Positions 17,335-27,614 are shown, counted from the first letter of the stretch. The stretch: DNA of 64,000 nucleotides from an uncultured Thermotogaceae bacterium (GCA_964441735.1 CAYTVB010000001.1:1164-65163), one strand, 5' to 3'. Numbers and translations are program-made. Notes: generated by a model from the sequence alone, not told the origin.

Positions 17335-19361
17335 TAGCAGGGGTTATTACAAACTAAAATTACAACTTCAGCCATTTTAGTTATGCCCCCGGAAGTCACG
17401 TTAACAAATATTGATACATATCCCGTTTCTTCCGGGGCTTTCCATTCTGCTTTATTGTTATCTGTTGAGATTATCTCCCCGGCTTCCGTTGACCAGCTGT
17501 ATTTAAGATTATTAGCATTGGGAGGATTCTTGTACACTGTGCATCTAAGATTACTTATTTCTCCAGGCTTTAAAATGAACGGTTTTGCAGTCAATGAGTT
17601 TATTTCAAATTCTTTCACTTCCACGGGAATTTCAGGATAACTGGGAGATATGTATGTTGCAGATGCCCCGACTGTTCCATATGCAACCGCTAACAATCGT
17701 TTTGTCCCGGGTCTTTTATCTGGAGAGATATATTTAATCCTGTACTGACTGGAAATTTCAACTGCAATTTTATTTATCGTTTCCTTGAATCCTTCTTCAC
17801 TCTTAATACTATAAAAATCACCCGGTACTTCACTTACAAGCTTTTCAAATTCAGGAATATTTTCTGGTGTAACCAGAATCAAACTTGTTCCTGAAGCCAA
17901 AAACTTATTTTGAAGATCTTCTACAGTTGTTTGGGAATATCCGGTACCATCACCTAAATAATGAGGTTTAGCATCGGTTATAAGGATAACAAATTTTTGG
18001 GCTTCTTTTCTAAAATCCATTGACAAACCAGAATAAGCAGCATCTAAAGATATTTCTGGTACATCTCCCCCACCATCAGCACTTTGCTGTTTCAATATAT
18101 GCTTTATATGATCAAAATCCTCGCTGAATTCTTCCCGCAACCTTATCTCATCTCCAAATGTTATAAGTCCTATTCTTGCTCTAATATTAGAATTCTTAAT
18201 AATATCGGTGAATTCGAGCAGGTTGTTTACCATAGCATCAAGTTCCTGTATCATACTGGCTGTTGTATCAAGAACAAACAGAAAATCTGCATCGGATTCT
18301 TTTATATCTCCTAGAGATTCAATAACTAACGCTTCAATTCTGTTATGATCTTCCATAATATTGAAGAAATCAAGTCTTTTTTCTTCTGTTGTTTCCACAG
18401 TTACTATTGCAGTTACGGTAGCAAAATCACTTGTGTCTATGGAGACTATATCCATATCTTCTATTGTGGTCATACCGGGAATCAAGTAATCCATAGAAAC
18501 TGAACCACCATTTTCTTTATTTGTCACTTTTACTGTAACCTGCTCTCCAGAAGTAAAATCTGGATATGAAAGGTTTGAAATATATTCTATGGTTGCGTAA
18601 TATTCATAGAACTCGAACATCTCATTTACTCTATCTACAAAATCTCCACCATTGAACTGAAATAATCTCCCTCCACTTATACGTGCGAGTTCATTAAAGT
18701 ATTCATCTGGAACAGAAAAGAAAGTGAAAACTGTAATATTCTCATCTACAATTCTCTTAATAAGATCGGGAAAAGCATCTTTATTAGCTTCATTCTGTGT
18801 GGTATCTTCATCGGTAAAAAGAATCATTAGTTTAGAAGCAGTCAGTCTAAAGTCATAATTGGAAGCAACCTTCAACGCTTCTATCTGGCACTCATCTCTT
18901 CCTCCCCGATAACTGGCTGCTTCTTCTATCCATTTCTTTGCTTGTTCAACAGAATAGGTAAAATGTGAAAATCCACCCGTAAATTCCGTATTAACTTTAG
19001 AACCAAAGCCAACAACAGAAAAACGAACATTATAACCCTGATCAGTCATCTTTGTAAACAGTTCTTCAGTTCTGTTTTTGACATAATTCATTTTCGGTTC
19101 CATCGTACCCGAATTATCTATTATAAGTACTATATCTATTGGTTTGCTGAGAACACTTGAATGCATTTCTATCGATTCAATTCTTGCGGGAACATTTTCC
19201 TCATAAATCTCAAGATTTTCAATTTCGATCTTTTCACCGCTCAGAGTCATTTTTATATAAGGAAAATCTTTGTTATCTATATTTTGAATGGTTAATGCAG
19301 AAAACACTGTTGCCGAAAGTAGTACAAAAATAACGAAGGATAATTGAAATGTTCTTTTCAT
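17328..19361 (-). CDS. Secreted protein with two von Willebrand factor A domains and a C-terminal Ig-like domain
   Basis: Signal peptide. MIDAS-like IDNSGTM and LDTTASM blocks, each followed by a vWA-like fold pattern. RBS GAGGGGGTG. Confidence 0.75.
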   Translation of the reverse strand: MKRTFQLSFVIFVLLSATVFSALTIQNIDNKDFPYIKMTLSGEKIEIENLEIYEENVPARIESIEMHSSVLSKPIDIVLIIDNSGTMEPKMNYVKNRTEELFTKMTDQGYNVRFSVVGFGSKVNTEFTGGFSHFTYSVEQAKKWIEEAASYRGGRDECQIEALKVASNYDFRLTASKLMILFTDEDTTQNEANKDAFPDLIKRIVDENITVFTFFSVPDEYFNELARISGGRLFQFNGGDFVDRVNEMFEFYEYYATIEYISNLSYPDFTSGEQVTVKVTNKENGGSVSMDYLIPGMTTIEDMDIVSIDTSDFATVTAIVTVETTEEKRLDFFNIMEDHNRIEALVIESLGDIKESDADFLFVLDTTASMIQELDAMVNNLLEFTDIIKNSNIRARIGLITFGDEIRLREEFSEDFDHIKHILKQQSADGGGDVPEISLDAAYSGLSMDFRKEAQKFVILITDAKPHYLGDGTGYSQTTVEDLQNKFLASGTSLILVTPENIPEFEKLVSEVPGDFYSIKSEEGFKETINKIAVEISSQYRIKYISPDKRPGTKRLLAVAYGTVGASATYISPSYPEIPVEVKEFEINSLTAKPFILKPGEISNLRCTVYKNPPNANNLKYSWSTEAGEIISTDNNKAEWKAPEETGYVSIFVNVTSGGITKMAEVVILVCNNPCYQ

Positions 19362-19579
19362 TTACTACACCCCCTCAATAATAAGAAAACAATCTCTGCG
19401 AGAGCATTCAATATCAGCTGTCATCAATAATGTTCGAAGAATACTTCACTTATCGCCTTCAGTTAAGTTTTTCCGATTAATACTTTTCAGGTAAGTATTG
19501 CTTACACTCAGGCGATACTTCTTTAGATTTTGTTAATGCGTTTCTTACAGGATATATACCCTCTTTAACTACTTTTTTG

Positions 19580-20092
19580 TTACTTTTCATCTTTCTTCTG
19601 ATTTTTAAATTCTTCATATCTCTTTCTCGAATCTTCTATAATTTCAATAGCTGATTCTTTGTCTCCCCATCCTTCACTGCCTGTCTCTTTGTTTTCCAGT
19701 TCTTTATATATAGAGAAGAAATGCTCTATTTCTCTGAGCAAATGAGGGGGCACTTCATCTAAATTAGATATATGATTCCATAAAGGATCTTTAACAGGTA
19801 CACAGAGTATTTTTTCGTCAGTGCCTTTTTCATCCCACATTTTAAAAACTCCCACCGGAACCGCTTCTATTAAACAACCCGGGAAAGTTGATTCAGAAAC
19901 AAGAACCAGCGCATCAAGAGGATCATCATCCTTTGCCAGTGTATTTAATATGTAACCGTAGTCACTGGGATAATGGACTGCTGAAAATAGAGTCCTGTCA
20001 AATCTTATCCGCTTTCTTTTTTTGTCATATTCGTATTTATTCCTGCTTCCCTTTGGAATTTCAACCATAATATCAAGAACAGGACCGTTCAT
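19580..20092 (-). CDS. ppa: Inorganic pyrophosphatase (family I)
   Basis: 170 aa. EIPKGSRNKYEYD and DGDPLDALV-like (DDDPLDALVL) signature. Confidence 0.9.
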   Translation of the reverse strand: MNGPVLDIMVEIPKGSRNKYEYDKKRKRIRFDRTLFSAVHYPSDYGYILNTLAKDDDPLDALVLVSESTFPGCLIEAVPVGVFKMWDEKGTDEKILCVPVKDPLWNHISNLDEVPPHLLREIEHFFSIYKELENKETGSEGWGDKESAIEIIEDSRKRYEEFKNQKKDEK

Positions 20093-20228
20093 AACTCCAC
20101 CTCCCTTTTTTATTATACAGCTTTGAACTAATAATCAATAAAAACCGTTAGATAGAGTCCTTAAGAATACTTCTATTTCTATTCATTAGTTGTATACTTA
20201 GTTTGAATAAAATTTGGGGGTGAGTATA

Positions 20229-20666
20229 ATGAAAAAGTTTTTTATCCCGGGTATTATATTGTTAATTGTTTTTCTACTCACTGGTTGTCCAAACATATTC
20301 TATAAATATTCACTAACAACAAACACATATCATTGTAGCTCTGATTTACTTGAAAAGGCCAGAGTAGAATTTGGTTCTACTGCGGTTTTAGCTGATTGGA
20401 AAGATATCAAAGCTTCTTATGGAAATAATATTGCAGCGTTTTGTAATAACATTGGACTGGAAGTTGGAGAAATTAATAGCGCCTTTGTTACCCGAAACGG
20501 GGACTATAAATATGAAAACACAGATCGCCAGTATTATATATCGAGATTTAATGGTGATAAACCCGGTGGTTATCTTGCCCACGATGACATTGACAACAAC
20601 TATCTTTGTTTGGGTTCATGGGATGACTGTACATTTAAAATACTGGTAAAATACAGGATATTTTAA
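20229..20666 (+). CDS. Lipoprotein, hypothetical
   Basis: Lipobox LLTGC after a hydrophobic leader. ATG 20229 follows GGGGGTGAG. Confidence 0.55.
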   Translation: MKKFFIPGIILLIVFLLTGCPNIFYKYSLTTNTYHCSSDLLEKARVEFGSTAVLADWKDIKASYGNNIAAFCNNIGLEVGEINSAFVTRNGDYKYENTDRQYYISRFNGDKPGGYLAHDDIDNNYLCLGSWDDCTFKILVKYRIF

Positions 20667-20673
20667 CAGCACA

Positions 20674-21213
20674 CTAAAGATTCAGGATTTTTCTCGCCCA
20701 GTCACGGGCTTTTTTCATTACCTCTTCTAATTTATTGGTACTCTGGAACTCTGACACGCTTATAATAGTATTGCCTTCGAGTATTTCCTCGAAATCATCG
20801 AAGGTGTCCCCAGCCATTCCTTCGTGTGTACAGAACAAAGCAACCTCTTTATTCATAAAATCTTCCTGATCGAAAAATGTATTGAAAGGTGGCGCATAGG
20901 TTAAAGCCCATACCGGTGTTCCAAGAACTATCAGTTGATAATCATCTGGATCATGGGTTAATTTATCAATTTCTGGTTTTGAATCCATTTCAACTGATTC
21001 CTGACCCCAAATATATTCTTCTTTATCTTCGTCTTTATCATAGCCATCAATTTGCTCGGGGTTTTCAACATGTTGATAGAAGGATCTTTTTCCCCTTTCT
21101 TTTGGCACAAGACTTTGTACATCCGCACCGATTTCACTGGCAATTGTTTCAGCAATTTTCTTTGTAAATTCATCATAGGAGTAATATACCAACAATGCTC
21201 TTTTTTTTGCCAT
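20674..21213 (-). CDS. Flavodoxin-like fold protein
   Basis: N-terminal ALLVYYSYDEFTKKIAETIA pattern of flavodoxin family proteins. RBS GAGGAGG. Confidence 0.55.
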   Translation of the reverse strand: MAKKRALLVYYSYDEFTKKIAETIASEIGADVQSLVPKERGKRSFYQHVENPEQIDGYDKDEDKEEYIWGQESVEMDSKPEIDKLTHDPDDYQLIVLGTPVWALTYAPPFNTFFDQEDFMNKEVALFCTHEGMAGDTFDDFEEILEGNTIISVSEFQSTNKLEEVMKKARDWARKILNL

Positions 21214-21300
21214 TTCATGGCCTCCTCATAATATTTTTCGCTTTATAACCTTTGAAACCTGTCCTCTTAAACAAAGTTTACTACATTTAGAATGCTTGAG

Positions 21301-21339
21301 AAAAACAAAACAGCCTGTCTTTTTTTTAAGGACAGGCTG
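21301..21339 (-). terminator. Rho-independent terminator of the PfpI gene
   Basis: CAGCCTGTC (21311-21319) pairs with GACAGGCTG (21331-21339). A U-rich run follows on the minus-strand transcript (21301-21310). Confidence 0.7.
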
Positions 21340-21349
21340 CAAATACTTA

Positions 21350-21856
21350 TTAAAGAGTTTTTATTACTTCCAGGAATTTTTTCATCCAGATATAAAGGTC
21401 TCCAGGATGTCTTGAACTAACCCAGTTGCGGTCAATAACCACCTCGTTATTTTCATATTGAGCTCCCGCATTTACAACATCATCTTTTATTGTTATAACC
21501 GAAGTACCTTTTCTTCCCTTCAACACTTCTGCAGATATAAGAATTTGTGGTCCATGACAGATGGTAGCAACTGGTTTTTCCTTTTCAAAAAAATGCTTGA
21601 CTATTTCTACTGCTTTTTCATTTAATCTTACAATTTCAGGTGCTTTTCCTCCAGGAATAACCAGGGCATCGTATTCTTCAGGATTAACAGATTCAAATGA
21701 TAAATCAGGTTTAATGCCATATTCATGTTTTCCTGTAATGTTATTAGTATCCTTAGAAGCAATTTTTACCTCATATCCTTCTTCTTTCAAACGGTGCAGT
21801 GGATAAATAAGCTCTAAATCTTCAAAACCATTTCCGGTTATAAATAGAATTTTCAT
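21350..21856 (-). CDS. pfpI: DJ-1/PfpI family protease/deglycase
   Basis: 168 aa. Nucleophile elbow ATICHGPQILI. RBS AAGGAGGA. Confidence 0.85.
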   Translation of the reverse strand: MKILFITGNGFEDLELIYPLHRLKEEGYEVKIASKDTNNITGKHEYGIKPDLSFESVNPEEYDALVIPGGKAPEIVRLNEKAVEIVKHFFEKEKPVATICHGPQILISAEVLKGRKGTSVITIKDDVVNAGAQYENNEVVIDRNWVSSRHPGDLYIWMKKFLEVIKTL

Positions 21857-22415
21857 ATAATCCTCCTTAATACAGATAATAATAGTCTGTATTAATTATA
21901 TCATTATTTTTTCTTAATTGAAGCACTAAAGTTATATACATATACTTTTGAACATACAATCCACAAATTTTGAACAAAAGGTTGTTTATAAAACGTTCAT
22001 AACTCAATAGAAAAAGTGTTCTGCTTTTATTTAAAAGGCTTTGCTGAATGTTCATAAGTCAAATCTTTATAGTTATGACCACCATTAAATAAAAGTCATT
22101 TACCCTAAGCTTGAAATTCGGTTTGAACATTAATGACGATATATTATTAAGTGATTTATTTCCTTTTAGTAAATCCTTTTCTGGTAAACAATCTTAACAT
22201 TTTCATTTATAGACATTCTGTAACCCCTTATTTATAAAACCTGTGTGGGTTATGAACATACAATGTTGAAAACTGTATAATTATAAACATCCATTTTAAT
22301 TTATTACTCAAGTATATTACTAACGGTTTTGAAGAACTTTTAAACATTAACTACTACTGTTACTATTTTTTATTAAATAATAAGAGTAATAAAGCATAGA
22401 GACGAAAATAATATA

Positions 22416-22511
22416 CTATGGTATCAGCCCAACCCTATATCCTAGAAAAATTACTATAAATGTCAGAACAATAATAACTACAACCAAAGAAAAATTCCTT
22501 CTTCTTTTCAT
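22416..22511 (-). CDS. Possible 31-aa single-TM peptide (not in the ORF track)
   Basis: ATG 22511 follows AAGAGGGGA. Translation MKRRRNFSLVVVIIVLTFIVIFLGYRVGLIP. Lies directly downstream of the acyltransferase gene. Confidence 0.3.
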   Translation of the reverse strand: MKRRRNFSLVVVIIVLTFIVIFLGYRVGLIP

Positions 22512-22531
22512 AACAATCCCCTCTTAAAATA

Positions 22532-23611
22532 TCAATTATCTAAAATATTAAAGAAATTATAGATTAGAAACGATGAAAAATCGGTTCTTATCCTTACCAC
22601 ATTACCTTCATAGACAAATTCAATAAATTTCTTTAAAAAAGTCGAAAGTCCTCTAATTTTTTCTATTTGAAACTCATTATCTCCAACCCTAATACCATTT
22701 CTGTCAAAGAGCAATTTTCCTTTAGGTTTTCCTGTGATTTTTCCGTCTTCTCTTCTCCTGACAACACTTTTAACCATACCATCTTCGAATTTACTTTTTC
22801 CGTCAAACCGGGATTTCAATATACCTTTTTGTTCATCAACAATTAAATCAATACCTTTTCCGTTAATATAACCAAAATCATCAACACTGAGCTCAAAATT
22901 ACACTTTGAACACTTTGCTTTATCTTCTGAAGCTTTTATTGTTCTAAAAGAACCACATTCAGGACAGAACCAGATTAACCTTTCCAGTCCGAGTGCCTTC
23001 TTTCTTCCACAAAATCTATATTTTCTTAACTCTTGCCAGTCCCATTCAGAATCGGAAATATAATCGATTACTTCTTCATCTTCAAAAAAATCAAAACTAA
23101 CTTCAATAGTTCCCTTTCTTGATTTATCAGCCCAACGTGGCTTCGTAAGATAACCCCCGTGAATTCTTGCTCCAACAACAGGAACAGTTGATTTATTTAA
23201 CAATTTATCAATACCGGAATAGATCTTTCCTGCTCTCCCATCCCAGGTAACAGAACCTTCAGGAAATAATCCAACAGCACCTCCATTTTTCAGTGCTTTA
23301 AAGATATTTCTTACTGTTTTTATATCAGGAACACCTTTCTGCTTCTCTATTGAATCTGAGAGTTTCAAAGGAATTCCAAGCCACCATGATTGAAAAGTAC
23401 CACGTGCTGCAACCCAGGTAATGGGATTATTTATTGCAGCCATAACAAATATTGGATCAAGGAAATGATTGTGATTTGCCACTAAAATATATGGAGGTTC
23501 TGGCAGATTTTCAGTATTGTATGACTTTATATTGAATTTTTTAACAACGGGTTTATTTAGTAACTTCTTGGATATCCGCCAAAGCCATGTATCTCCTGGT
23601 GTTTTATTCAT
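22532..23611 (-). CDS. PlsC-family lysophospholipid acyltransferase with C-terminal Zn-ribbon-containing extension
   Basis: HX4D motif NHNHFLDP and FPEGS block. CPECGS...CSKC in the C-terminal half. ATG 23611 lies 9 nt after AGGAGG, so it is preferred over GTG 23638. Confidence 0.75.
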   Translation of the reverse strand: MNKTPGDTWLWRISKKLLNKPVVKKFNIKSYNTENLPEPPYILVANHNHFLDPIFVMAAINNPITWVAARGTFQSWWLGIPLKLSDSIEKQKGVPDIKTVRNIFKALKNGGAVGLFPEGSVTWDGRAGKIYSGIDKLLNKSTVPVVGARIHGGYLTKPRWADKSRKGTIEVSFDFFEDEEVIDYISDSEWDWQELRKYRFCGRKKALGLERLIWFCPECGSFRTIKASEDKAKCSKCNFELSVDDFGYINGKGIDLIVDEQKGILKSRFDGKSKFEDGMVKSVVRRREDGKITGKPKGKLLFDRNGIRVGDNEFQIEKIRGLSTFLKKFIEFVYEGNVVRIRTDFSSFLIYNFFNILDN

Positions 23612-23645
23612 AAATAATAGCCTCCTGAAATATGACACGCATTTA

Positions 23646-24590
23646 CTAAGAGCTATTCTTAAAGTGATTAACAGTTTGTCTAAGAATATACTTTTTAAAC
23701 ATTATAGAACTTAAATGTCCTGAAGGTAATTTACACAATCTGGAATTGGGAAGCGCAGCGTTTAACTCCCTGGTTGAAGCCTCCGGTATAAATATATCAA
23801 ATAACGCTTTGAATAATAAGGTAGGTTGTTTGACGAACCTCGCATATGTTAAAGGGTCGTATTCAAAACACGGTTTACATGCAGAATTTACATCTATTTT
23901 CGAATCATCCAGGTTCTTTAAGTATTCTCTGTATTCTTTATTATGGAGATTATTGCATTTTTCTTCGTTACATGTTTCATCCTCTTCATACTTAACTCTC
24001 AAAACTTTTGTAGCAATACTTTTCCATGTTATATGATAAAAATTTCCTCCAGTCACAATAAGAGATAACTTCTCAATATCTTTGCATAAAGCAGCGGTTA
24101 TCACAGATATAAAACCACCGAAGCTGTATCCCATAATATAAATAGGTTTTCTAAATTGTTTCAAATAATTAACTGTAGTAAGGGTGTCCACAACGGCATT
24201 TTCGAATCTATCTCGAAGAAGAGCTGCATTAGTTTCCATAAACAATTCTCCTGACTTATATCCAACCGGCGTTCTATCAAAATGATAAGGAAGTATCATC
24301 ATGATTCCTGAAAATCCATATTTAGGCAAATTCCTTATGAACCAGGACAAATGTTTGAGATTTTTCTGTCCCGTCCCGTGAAGAAAAATAATATTACCCT
24401 TTGATGTATCGGGATCTCCTGAAATTTTAAGAACAAGTTTTTCATTACTTTTGTACTCAGCAGGATAATTAGACTTAAGTACTACGTTTTTTAGACCATC
24501 GTTCATTTCTTCTTCATATAACAATTCTGGTTTACTTGAATATCTGAGTGCAAAATAATTGTTTTGCATTTTAAATTTCAACCCTTTCAT
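23646..24590 (-). CDS. Alpha/beta hydrolase
   Basis: Nucleophile elbow GYSFGG and an HGTG oxyanion region. The ORF is trimmed to ATG 24590 because the longer N-terminus overlaps the divergent gene at 24640. Confidence 0.65.
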   Translation of the reverse strand: MKGLKFKMQNNYFALRYSSKPELLYEEEMNDGLKNVVLKSNYPAEYKSNEKLVLKISGDPDTSKGNIIFLHGTGQKNLKHLSWFIRNLPKYGFSGIMMILPYHFDRTPVGYKSGELFMETNAALLRDRFENAVVDTLTTVNYLKQFRKPIYIMGYSFGGFISVITAALCKDIEKLSLIVTGGNFYHITWKSIATKVLRVKYEEDETCNEEKCNNLHNKEYREYLKNLDDSKIDVNSACKPCFEYDPLTYARFVKQPTLLFKALFDIFIPEASTRELNAALPNSRLCKLPSGHLSSIMFKKYILRQTVNHFKNSS

Positions 24591-24639
24591 GTATAATAAT
24601 AATTCGAAAACCAAACTATCATTGCAACTGGAGGAATAA

Positions 24640-25815
24640 ATGAATACAATAGCTGTAATAACTGGTCTTGCGCTCCTTGCAATCACAATGAGGCTATTTA
24701 AAAGTATAACGCTTTCGTTAATTATAGCAATTGCTACTATTGGTATTATTCTTTTAATACCTATCAATATATATTTTAGCTCATTTGTTACCACAGTTTC
24801 AGAATGGGATTTTTGGAAAGTAATTATCACGATTTTCTCCATTTACCTTCTTGGCGAAACTATGAGTAAAAGCGGAGATTCTAAGAAGTTTACCTCTGCG
24901 ATTAAGGAAATATTCCCCAATCCAAAGGTTTCAATTTCTCTTATGCCAGCCTTGATAGGATTGCTTCCAATGCCTGGAGGTGCAATGTTTTCAGCGCCGA
25001 TGGTTAAAGATATCTCTGATGATACAAATAATATTTCTACAAAAGATGCCCTTGCAACCAATTATTGGTTTAGACATTCAATGGAATATTTTTGGCCATT
25101 GTATCCTGCAATAATAATTGTAGCAAGTATGGCCAATGTATCGTTGAGGTCGATTGTTGTATATATGCTTCCTGTTGGTCTGGCTGCAATAATTACAGGC
25201 TACCTATTGTTGATAAGAAGCGTTCCAAAGATTAAAGTTGAAAAATCTTCAATTTTACAGTTACTCTTTAGTTCATGGCCAATAGTTGTTGTGATAATTT
25301 TTGTCATTCTAAATCAACCGGGCTGGCTTGTTGTTATGCTGACATCAATCATTTATTTGATTACAAAGAAGAACAGGTCTATAGCTTTATTAGGAGTTTT
25401 AAACAAATGGAAAACGTTTTTTCTGCTACTTTCAGTTTTCTATTTTAAATCATTTGTTGAAAATACCGGTGTACATGATTTCATGAGTGAAGAGCTTATA
25501 AGTTGGTCTATCCCCACCATATTGGTTATGATGGTTCTTCCTTTCATTATGGGACAGATGACGGGAATAACCCAGGGAGCTGTAGGATTAAGTTTTCCAC
25601 TTGTAATGAGTATGGCTTCCGAAGGTTCAAGTTTGAGCGTTGCTATCCTGGCTTATACCTTTGCTGTTGCGGGTGTATTACTATCTCCAGTTCATCTTTG
25701 TATAGTATTGACAGTAAATTATTTTAGAGAAAGCTATTCCGCGCTTGTTAAGAGAATAATACTGCCGTTAAGCATTGCGACCGTAACCGGTGTACTGATA
25801 TTTTTGTATATATAA
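24640..25815 (+). CDS. Polytopic membrane protein, possible DUF401/anion-permease-like
   Basis: 391 aa with at least 10 hydrophobic segments. RBS GGAGG. The family name comes from memory only. Confidence 0.5.
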   Translation: MNTIAVITGLALLAITMRLFKSITLSLIIAIATIGIILLIPINIYFSSFVTTVSEWDFWKVIITIFSIYLLGETMSKSGDSKKFTSAIKEIFPNPKVSISLMPALIGLLPMPGGAMFSAPMVKDISDDTNNISTKDALATNYWFRHSMEYFWPLYPAIIIVASMANVSLRSIVVYMLPVGLAAIITGYLLLIRSVPKIKVEKSSILQLLFSSWPIVVVIIFVILNQPGWLVVMLTSIIYLITKKNRSIALLGVLNKWKTFFLLLSVFYFKSFVENTGVHDFMSEELISWSIPTILVMMVLPFIMGQMTGITQGAVGLSFPLVMSMASEGSSLSVAILAYTFAVAGVLLSPVHLCIVLTVNYFRESYSALVKRIILPLSIATVTGVLIFLYI

Positions 25816-25819
25816 AAAT

Positions 25820-26545
25820 CTATTCCATCATATCCAGTAAAGATTCTGCTTTTCTATAGTCTTCAGGTGTATTGACGCCAAGGTATTCCATTTCATCTTT
25901 GAGGACTAAACTTTGAACAGGGTATTTATTATCAATTATTTTGTTTACAAGATCTGCAATATAATATTCTCCAGTATTTGGATCCGGAACAATCTCACCA
26001 ATGTACTCATTGGAAACTGCACTATCCAGGATTATTGGGCCCACATAAAATTCATAGGGGGGTTCTGATTGAGGGAGTTTTTTCTCGTACATTCTTATTA
26101 TCCTGTTATCTTTATTTCTTAATACAAGAGCATATGGATATCGCCTATCGCTGGTACCTGAAAGAAAAGTGACTTTGTTGTTGTTTTTTCTATGTTTTTT
26201 TATAAGTTTCTTTAGTGATTCTTTTCGGATTAGAACAGTGTCAGAATACATTATTAATAATTGTTCACGGTTATTAATATAATCAAGTGCGCATTTCAAC
26301 GCATGCGCCGTTCCAAGTTGTCGGTCCTGAAACACATAATGTAGATCCTTTGAATCTAAATGTTTCTTGAATAGATCATACGTTTCTTTTCTTATAACCA
26401 AAATTATTTCATTTTTTTTGCAAATGAATCGTGTTTTCTCAATAAGATGTTCTACCATAGGCTTACCTTTAATAGAAACAAGGGGTTTTGGGAGCTCTGT
26501 TTTTAAACGTGTTCCCAATCCTGCAGCAAGTATTATCGTTTTCAT
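25820..26545 (-). CDS. Sugar-phosphate nucleotidyltransferase (GlmU N-terminal-like)
   Basis: ILAAGLGTRLKTELPKPLV signature and GTAHAL. 241 aa. Confidence 0.75.
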   Translation of the reverse strand: MKTIILAAGLGTRLKTELPKPLVSIKGKPMVEHLIEKTRFICKKNEIILVIRKETYDLFKKHLDSKDLHYVFQDRQLGTAHALKCALDYINNREQLLIMYSDTVLIRKESLKKLIKKHRKNNNKVTFLSGTSDRRYPYALVLRNKDNRIIRMYEKKLPQSEPPYEFYVGPIILDSAVSNEYIGEIVPDPNTGEYYIADLVNKIIDNKYPVQSLVLKDEMEYLGVNTPEDYRKAESLLDMME

Positions 26546-26639
26546 TATTATCCTCCAGTTAACAGAAATCTTTTTCTATATCATTCAAAACAATTGTATA
26601 ATGAAAAAGAGATAATAACATGACAAAGGGGGAGAACCA

Positions 26640-27572
26640 ATGAAGGAAACAACTGAAAATATCACCGTTGTTTCTACCAGAAAGTTTGTGAAAGTTTCTA
26701 AAACTGCTTTTTTTCTTGCAATACTAATCGGTATACTGGCTGTTTTTTCATCTTTTATGGGGATTTTCTGGATAACCGAAGGTGAATCTTATACCTTTGA
26801 AACACTTAGAGGAGAAACAGTAAAGATATTTGGAAAAGGTGTTTATAGGTATGACAGTGTTTTCCTGGCAAGTGCTTTTCAGGGTCAGGACGTGGTAATT
26901 TTATTTCTTGGTGTTCCACTTTTAATGGTTTCATTATTTGCCTATCGAAAGGAATCGTTACGCTGGTCTCTTTTTTTAAGCGGTGTTCTTGCATTTTTCC
27001 TTTATGTTTATACCTCTACTGCATTTGGAGCAGCTTATAATCAATTATTTCTTGTTTATGTTAGTTTGTTTTCACTGAGCTTTTTTGTTCTTATCCTTAT
27101 TTTTTCTTCTATTAAACTTGAAAATCTGTACAAAGATGAAATTAATAACTTACCCAGGCTGGGACCGGCGATCTTCATGTTCGCAAGTGGATTAGTCACT
27201 CTTTTTGTTTGGCTCGAACCGTTAATAAAGTCAATAATAGAAGAGACTCCACCCGAGTTACTGGGAGCTTATTCAACAATGGTAACAGATGCACTTGATC
27301 TTGGAATAATTACACCTCTAACCATAATTTCAGGAGTATTAATCCTAAGGAAAAAGCCTTTGGGCTATAAGATTGCTTTTCCTTTACTTGGAATAATTCT
27401 TCTTTTATTGCCAACTATTACACTGACTACTTTTATTCAGCTATATAATGGGGTTACTTTTACAACAGCTGAAATTATAGGTCCCATTGCAGGATTCACT
27501 GCATTGGGCGCTTTGTCGTTAGTTATCATGATAATTCTATTACGTAAAATACCTTCAAAAACCGATTCATAA
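26640..27572 (+). CDS. Integral membrane protein, hypothetical
   Basis: 310 aa with about 8 hydrophobic helices. RBS AAGGGGGAG. Confidence 0.55.
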   Translation: MKETTENITVVSTRKFVKVSKTAFFLAILIGILAVFSSFMGIFWITEGESYTFETLRGETVKIFGKGVYRYDSVFLASAFQGQDVVILFLGVPLLMVSLFAYRKESLRWSLFLSGVLAFFLYVYTSTAFGAAYNQLFLVYVSLFSLSFFVLILIFSSIKLENLYKDEINNLPRLGPAIFMFASGLVTLFVWLEPLIKSIIEETPPELLGAYSTMVTDALDLGIITPLTIISGVLILRKKPLGYKIAFPLLGIILLLLPTITLTTFIQLYNGVTFTTAEIIGPIAGFTALGALSLVIMIILLRKIPSKTDS

Positions 27573-27614
27573 AACAACATATTATAATTTTGAAATTATC
27601 TCAGGAGGATTGAC

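Noticed and set aside
19451-19517. 8-bp stem TATCGCCT/AGGCGATA enclosing a smaller hairpin between ppa and the vWA gene, considered as a possible sRNA or terminator.
   Set aside because: 8-bp inverted repeats within 60 nt are expected dozens of times by chance. It has no U-run and no GC enrichment.
22130-22143. 14-mer TTAATGACGATATA shared with 63612-63625, with a partial third copy GACGATATA near 31141. I considered it as a common promoter or regulatory motif.
   Set aside because: As an order-of-magnitude estimate, about 4x10^9 position pairs in 64 kb (both strands) against 4^14 (about 2.7x10^8) gives several chance 14-mer matches, and more in AT-rich DNA. The flanks diverge quickly.
24591-24842. 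84-codon N-terminal extension of the alpha/beta hydrolase ORF.
   Set aside because: It overlaps the well-supported divergent gene starting at 24640 (GGAGG RBS). The translation is hydrophobic antisense-type sequence.
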